The notes beneath the pieces are model-generated. The model searched no databases. It had not been told where the DNA came from and saw only the letters and a program-made list of their open reading frames with translations. A DNA stretch of 64,000 nucleotides, taken from positions 20,000-83,999 of the forward strand of contig JBBSQV010000001.1 in assembly GCA_038243675.1 (NCBI GenBank), given 5' to 3'. A program made the translations under genes and the position numbers. The stretch is from Flavobacteriales bacterium (lineage in GTDB: Bacteria > Bacteroidota > Bacteroidia > Flavobacteriales > Flavobacteriaceae). Below are positions 58,548-64,000 of this stretch, piece by piece (positions within the stretch are counted from its first letter, which is position 1; every line of letters starts with the position of its first letter).

Positions 58548-59659
58548 AATTACTTATTCTCTCGCATGTTATTCACGGCAAAGTTGAAAAGTATTTTGGA
58601 TACGCGCCCTATATTCGTGAAATGAATTTGTGGATAAAATATGCAGATCAGGTTGTGGTCGTAGCTCCAATTGTCGAGAGAAATAAACTTCAAATCGATG
58701 CCAATTATGAACACTCGAACCTGCGAGTTAAAAGAGTTGGTGAAATTAACTTTCAGAGTGCATCAAATATCTTGCGATCTGTCAAAATTTTACCTGCAAT
58801 TATTTTGAAGATTTTTCATGAAATAAAATCTGCCGATCACATTCACCTTCGTTGTCCAGGCAATATTGGATTATTAGGATGTCTTGTGCAAATCTTTTTT
58901 CCATCAAAGCATAAGTCCGCGAAGTATGCTGGAAATTGGGATCCACAGTCTAAACAGCCGTTCAGCTACCGACTCCAAAAATGGATATTGTCAAATACTT
59001 TCCTAACTAAGAATATGACTGTATTAGTGTACGGCGACTGGCCTGATCAATCTAAAAATGTTAAATCATTTTTCACCGCAACCTATTCTGAAATTGACAA
59101 ACAAGAAATTTTTCACAAATCATTGGACGGAGTTATAAAGTTTTTATTTGTTGGCACCTTATCTTCTGGCAAACGACCGCTTTATGCTGTGCAGATAGTG
59201 CACGAATTAATTAAACGGGGACACAATGTTACTTTAGAACTATATGGAGAAGGAGTAGAGCGAGTTGCAATCGAAGAGTTTATCAAAAAAAATACTTTAC
59301 AAGACAAAATCATTTTAGCTGGTAATATTAACGATCTAGAAATCCGTAAAGTATATCAAGAATCGCATTTCCTTATTCTTCCCTCAAAGAGCGAAGGATG
59401 GCCAAAAGTTGTTGCAGAAGCAATGTTTTGGAAATGCCTTCCTATCTCAAGTCCCGTTTCCTGTGTGCCTTATATGCTTGATTATGGAAATCGCGGAATT
59501 CTAATTAATAATTCTTTGGAGCAAGACGTTACAGATATCGAAAATTGCATGCATTCTAAAACTGATTATCAATCAAAAGTTATGAAAGCAATGAAATGGT
59601 CTAGACATTTTACAGTAGATTTGTTTGAAGCAGAAATAAAACAAATTTTAATTCAATGA
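58544..59659 (+). CDS. GT4 glycosyltransferase
   Basis: HLRCPG, GKRP, PSKSEGWPKVVAEAM. Confidence 0.9.
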   Translation: MKLLILSHVIHGKVEKYFGYAPYIREMNLWIKYADQVVVVAPIVERNKLQIDANYEHSNLRVKRVGEINFQSASNILRSVKILPAIILKIFHEIKSADHIHLRCPGNIGLLGCLVQIFFPSKHKSAKYAGNWDPQSKQPFSYRLQKWILSNTFLTKNMTVLVYGDWPDQSKNVKSFFTATYSEIDKQEIFHKSLDGVIKFLFVGTLSSGKRPLYAVQIVHELIKRGHNVTLELYGEGVERVAIEEFIKKNTLQDKIILAGNINDLEIRKVYQESHFLILPSKSEGWPKVVAEAMFWKCLPISSPVSCVPYMLDYGNRGILINNSLEQDVTDIENCMHSKTDYQSKVMKAMKWSRHFTVDLFEAEIKQILIQ

Positions 59660-60726
59660 GAATTCTCCAGCTAATTGATTCGCTCGAAGCCGGTGGTGCC
59701 GAAAGAATGGCAGTAAATTATGCGAATGCTCTCGCCGAAAGTATTGAGTTTTCTGCCCTTATTGCAACCCGAGGAGAGGGTATGTTGCGAAATGACATTA
59801 GTAGTAAAGTAACGTATCTACATCTCGGTAAGAAGAGAACATTGGATTATAAAGCCTTAAAAAGATTGAGAGATTTCTGTATAGAAAAAAGGGTAGAAAT
59901 TATTCATGCCCATAGCACATCATATTTTATAGCAATTTTAGTTAAAGTTCTCATTCCTACCATTTCTATTATTTGGCACAACCATAATGGAATGAGCCAC
60001 GCTTTGCCGAAATATAAAATAAAGTTCCTTCAATTTGCAAGTAATTATTTTAAGGCTACAATTGTGGTAAACCAACAATTGCTAAAATGGTCGCAGGAGG
60101 TGCTGAAAATCTCGAGTGTAATTTATTTAGAAAATTTTGTTGTAGAACAAGCGAGCGATGATACTATTGTAAAGTTGCAGGGAAAAGATGGCAAGAGAAT
60201 CATTTGTCTAGCTAACTTAAGACAGGAAAAAAATCATATGTTACTGATTGATGTTGCAAGTAGAATTACAGAAAAACATAAAGATTGGACCTTTCATTTT
60301 ATTGGAAAAGATTTTGGAGATACTTACTCTAAGTCTCTTCGCGAATCTGTTATAAATAAAGGATTAGATGATAAAGTGTTTTTTTATGGTAGTCAGCGCG
60401 ATGTGCATTCTTTACTGAATCAAGCTGAAATTGGAGTTTTAAGCTCGACTTTAGAAGGTTTGCCCGTCGCTATTTTAGAATATGGCCTCTCAGGATTAGC
60501 CGTAGTGGCAACTAAAGTCGGTCAAATACCTGCTGTAATAAAAGACGGCTACAATGGGATTTTAGTAGATCCAATTAACGAAAAGAATTTTTATATAGCT
60601 TTAGAACAACTAATATCTTCGGAGCATACATTAGAGATGGGCGATAACCTTAGAAATACAGTAAGAGAAAATTACTCTAAAGAAGTCGTAATAGAAAAAT
60701 ATCTAAAGTGGATTAAAGAATGTTAG
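59656..60726 (+). CDS. GT4 glycosyltransferase
   Basis: GGAERM, IHAH, EKNH, LEGLPVAILEY. Confidence 0.92.
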   Translation: MRILQLIDSLEAGGAERMAVNYANALAESIEFSALIATRGEGMLRNDISSKVTYLHLGKKRTLDYKALKRLRDFCIEKRVEIIHAHSTSYFIAILVKVLIPTISIIWHNHNGMSHALPKYKIKFLQFASNYFKATIVVNQQLLKWSQEVLKISSVIYLENFVVEQASDDTIVKLQGKDGKRIICLANLRQEKNHMLLIDVASRITEKHKDWTFHFIGKDFGDTYSKSLRESVINKGLDDKVFFYGSQRDVHSLLNQAEIGVLSSTLEGLPVAILEYGLSGLAVVATKVGQIPAVIKDGYNGILVDPINEKNFYIALEQLISSEHTLEMGDNLRNTVRENYSKEVVIEKYLKWIKEC

Positions 60727-62075
60727 ACTTTGAAAATAATAGCAAAAAGTACATAACTGTCGTATCCATACATGCCTTTCTAGGACTTCTATTTTTTGTA
60801 CTACCAATTTTCTCAAAAATATACTGCGCCGCTATTTTAGTTTTTGGTGCATATTTTATCATTCGGAATAAAAATAGAAATGAAGAAGCGCTTTATGCCG
60901 CAGCCTATATTGTAGGAGCAGAGGTATTAATGAGAATGACAGAGGGTAATCTACTATATGAAATAGGTAAGTATGGTGTGGTTATCTTTATTTTGATCGG
61001 AATGTTTTTTAAAGGATTTTCTAGAAATGCAGTTGCATATTGGTTCTATCTAGTATTGTTAATTCCAGGAGTTGTCATTGCTATTACAGATTTAGATTAT
61101 GATGAAAATTTAAGAAAATCTATCACTTTTAATATTTCTGGGCCTCTTGCTTTGGGTATTGCTGCTCTTTACACCTATCAGCGTAAAGTAACTATAAAAC
61201 AAATCAGTGAAATGTTACTGTGTATTGGACTTCCTATAATTAGCTGCGCAACCTATCTGTTTTTTTATGCGCCAGATTTGCAGACTGTGATCACAGGAAC
61301 GGAGTCAAATTTTGCGACCTCGGGAGGATTCGGACCAAATCAAGTAGCAACTATGCTGGGTTTGGGACTATTTATATTTTTTTCTAGAATGTTATTTTCT
61401 TCGCCTAGCACCTTATTTCTAGTAATAAACGCTGCAATAGCCCTATTTGTAGGTTATAGAGGATTAGTAACTTTTTCTAGGGGTGGCATGATAACAGGGA
61501 TATTAATGCTAGCAGTTTTACTGTTTTTCACTTACATTAAAATAAATAATAAAGGGAAGTCAAAAATTAGTGTTTTTCTAATTTTTATACTATTTGCGAT
61601 TTTTGGATTATTTGCCTATTCTTCGATGCAGACAAGTGGACTAATTACCAATAGGTATGCAAATCAGGATGCTCGCGGAAGGGTCAAAGAGAGCCATTTG
61701 ACGGGACGCGAAGATATAATGGCGTCAGAGTTGGAATTTTTTATGCGTGAGCCTTTGTTTGGAATTGGCGTCGCAATGGGAGCTAAGCTACGAGGGGAAG
61801 AAGATGGACGTGCAGTGTTATCTCACAACGAATTGACAAGAATGCTTGCGGAACACGGATCGTTGGGAATTTTAGCTCTATTTATTTTGCTCTTTACACC
61901 AATGATTCTATATTTAGATAATCCAAATCATCTTTATTTATTTTGTTTTCTCGCCTTTTGGCTCCTCACCATCAATCATGCAGCTATGCGACTCGCAGTA
62001 CCAGGATTTATATACGCACTTGCACTTTTAAAAGTTGTTCGCACCGATGAAAAAACTCCTCTACATAGGAAATAA
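60720..62075 (+). CDS. O-antigen ligase/Wzy_C-family membrane protein
   Basis: Polytopic; GPNQ, TFSRGG, TGR, FGIG, SHNELTRMLAEHG. Confidence 0.85.
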   Translation: MLDFENNSKKYITVVSIHAFLGLLFFVLPIFSKIYCAAILVFGAYFIIRNKNRNEEALYAAAYIVGAEVLMRMTEGNLLYEIGKYGVVIFILIGMFFKGFSRNAVAYWFYLVLLIPGVVIAITDLDYDENLRKSITFNISGPLALGIAALYTYQRKVTIKQISEMLLCIGLPIISCATYLFFYAPDLQTVITGTESNFATSGGFGPNQVATMLGLGLFIFFSRMLFSSPSTLFLVINAAIALFVGYRGLVTFSRGGMITGILMLAVLLFFTYIKINNKGKSKISVFLIFILFAIFGLFAYSSMQTSGLITNRYANQDARGRVKESHLTGREDIMASELEFFMREPLFGIGVAMGAKLRGEEDGRAVLSHNELTRMLAEHGSLGILALFILLFTPMILYLDNPNHLYLFCFLAFWLLTINHAAMRLAVPGFIYALALLKVVRTDEKTPLHRK

Positions 62076-63057
62076 ACTCGAAAGTAAAGGCAGATCTGCT
62101 TCTACTATAGATACTCTAGGACCTTTATTGGAGGCAGAAGGGTATAAAATTAGATATGCATCTTCGATTCTAAATATTTTTGGGCGCTTTCTTAGCATGA
62201 TTTATGCTACTGTCAGGTACGGTAAACAAAGCGATTTTGTCCTTATTGATACCTATAGTACTCTTAACTTTTATTATGCTTTCTTTTGCTCTCAGCTGTG
62301 TCGAATACTAAAAGTCAAATACATTCCGCTACTTCATGGAGGTGATCTTCCGCTGAGACTGCATAAATCCCCGAGAATGTCAAAAATGATTTTTGTTCAT
62401 TCTTACGTCAACATTGCACCATCAGTTTTTCTGAAACTTAAGTTTGAAGAAGCTGGATTTGAAAATATACAGGTGATACCAAACAATATAGTTCTTGACG
62501 ATTTTCCATATTTGCAGCGAGAATTGATACGTCCAAAGTTGATCTGGGTTCGAGCTTTGGCCGAAATTTATAATCCTATGATGGCATTGGAAGTACTAAA
62601 ACTGCTTCAAAAGCACTATCCTGCGGCAGCATTAACAATGGTGGGCCCTGACAAAGAAAATATGATGCCAACGCTTCTGAATTTCGCGCAAAGCGAAAAT
62701 CTGAAAGTGAATTTCACGGGTAAACTAAGCAGAAAAGAGTGGAGCGAACTATCAAAATCTTTGCATATTTTTATTAATACTTCTTCTTTTGATAATATGC
62801 CAGTTAGTTTAATTGAAGCTGCGGCACTTGGCTTAGTTGTAGTGAGTACGGATGTAGGTGGAATTCCTTTTATTTTTGAAAATGGTCATACTGCACTTCT
62901 TTCTCCAGATAATGACGCAAAGAAAATGGTGATTAACTTAAAAAAATTACTTTCTGATAAAGAGTTACAGCAAAAATTACAAGGAAATTCGCACAGACTT
63001 GTGCAGCAATTTGACTGGAATAACGTTAGAGAGCATTGGCATAGATTGTTTTTTTAG
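62047..63057 (+). CDS. GT4 glycosyltransferase
   Basis: LHGG, WVR, DNMPVSLIEA, TDVGGIP. Start moved to ATG 62047. Confidence 0.88.
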   Translation: MKKLLYIGNKLESKGRSASTIDTLGPLLEAEGYKIRYASSILNIFGRFLSMIYATVRYGKQSDFVLIDTYSTLNFYYAFFCSQLCRILKVKYIPLLHGGDLPLRLHKSPRMSKMIFVHSYVNIAPSVFLKLKFEEAGFENIQVIPNNIVLDDFPYLQRELIRPKLIWVRALAEIYNPMMALEVLKLLQKHYPAAALTMVGPDKENMMPTLLNFAQSENLKVNFTGKLSRKEWSELSKSLHIFINTSSFDNMPVSLIEAAALGLVVVSTDVGGIPFIFENGHTALLSPDNDAKKMVINLKKLLSDKELQQKLQGNSHRLVQQFDWNNVREHWHRLFF

Positions 63058-63116
63058 CAAATTTAATTTGTTGAAAAAAAGCTATAAATTGCAGTCCCCA
63101 AACCTAATACTGTTTT

Positions 63117-64000
63117 ATGCCAGTTACTAACCGCAAAACTAAGATGCATTTTGAAATCTCAGAACGTAAGGTTTTGCTGAGACTGATAGATGTGCTATCC
63201 GTAAGTGCAGCAATGTTTCTGCTCGGACAGATTTTTCACTTAGAATATTTTAATAAAATTTATGCAAGCTGGACCTATAGCATCGTTCTCGCTTTTTATT
63301 TACTGTCCTTAGGATCGGTTTTTGAAATTTACAATTTGCAGATTGCTAGTAATCAATTTCAATCTATAAAAAATGTTCTCTTAACGGGCTCGCTTACGGT
63401 GCTCTTCTTTATATTAACACCTCTTTATTCTCCGGGTCTTCCGAACAAACGAATTGAAATTTTATTTTTTTATTTGGCAGTTACCGGCTCTGTTTTTCTT
63501 TGGCGAATGGTTTACGTTAGGTATTTTGCGGCCAATAGATTTAAAAGAAATGCGATTCTACTAGCCGAAAGTCAACACTGCATGAAGCTAGTGGAAGGGC
63601 TTGGTATCAAAGATCCTCATTATAAAGTAGTGGGTTATATAAATCTTGATAGAGATGCACAAGTAGTAGAAAGAAATCCTTCTTTAAAAAGAATACATCG
63701 TGACAAAATTGAAAAATTTGTCATGAAACATAATGTATCAGATATAATTATTGCTTCAAAAGAGACCGAAGGAATTACAAAGGAAATCTACAATCAGCTG
63801 CTGCAGTTATTGGAAAATGGTTATAATATCCGTGAATATTCCCAAGTATACGAACAGCTCAATCAGCGAATTCCTGTGCATTATCTGGAAAGAGACTTTT
63901 TTAAATATTTCCCTTTTAGCCGCAGCAATCAAAATCAACTTTATCAATTTTCTGCTAGATTTTTGGATATTGTATTTGCAGTGTTTGGCATTTTGATAGG
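63117..64000 (+). CDS. Large (WcaJ/WbaP-type) phosphoglycosyltransferase, 3'-truncated by the window edge
   Basis: Not in the ORF track. Open to the window end: MPVTNRKTKMHFEISERKVLLRLID.. four TM helices ..YKVVGYI..QRIPVHYL..RFLDIVFAVFG. The catalytic domain lies beyond the window. Confidence 0.8.
   Translation, partial: MPVTNRKTKMHFEISERKVLLRLIDVLSVSAAMFLLGQIFHLEYFNKIYASWTYSIVLAFYLLSLGSVFEIYNLQIASNQFQSIKNVLLTGSLTVLFFILTPLYSPGLPNKRIEILFFYLAVTGSVFLWRMVYVRYFAANRFKRNAILLAESQHCMKLVEGLGIKDPHYKVVGYINLDRDAQVVERNPSLKRIHRDKIEKFVMKHNVSDIIIASKETEGITKEIYNQLLQLLENGYNIREYSQVYEQLNQRIPVHYLERDFFKYFPFSRSNQNQLYQFSARFLDIVFAVFGILI

Noticed and set aside
63751-63996. 81-aa ORF from the track
   Set aside because: It is an alternate frame inside the real truncated CDS starting at 63117.

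Overview
AT-rich Bacteroidota DNA, most likely Flavobacterium (inferred from gene order, TAnnTTTG promoter boxes and repeat types). It holds two adjacent surface-glycan loci. (1) 1-38115 is a Wzx/Wzy-type capsule/EPS locus: flippase, EpsG-like polymerase, many glycosyltransferases, a PglF/E/D/C-like bacillosamine route, wza-wzc-wzb, and two tailoring modules. One module is 2x polysaccharide deacetylase + CapA-like metallophosphoesterase + AsnB + RimK-like ATP-grasp, a candidate amino-acylation/amidation system. The other is ACP + KAS III + ketoreductase + acyltransferase + MBL hydrolase, a candidate hydroxyacyl-group supply. (2) 39501-64000 is an ABC-transporter (wzm/wzt) glycan locus with neuA/neuB/neuC, a candidate unclassified sialyltransferase, methyl/acetyltransferases, a ligase-like protein and a truncated phosphoglycosyltransferase. 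Structure missed by the ORF track: two reciprocal GT4 pseudogenes (pattern A, pseudoB, C, pseudoA, B), a four-helix-bundle gene flanked by inverted heptamer arrays, further 7-nt periodic arrays that often start at TAG stop codons, two oppositely oriented Flavo-1-like elements, and an inverted REP-like pair. All family assignments come from motif reading by eye; no database search was run.
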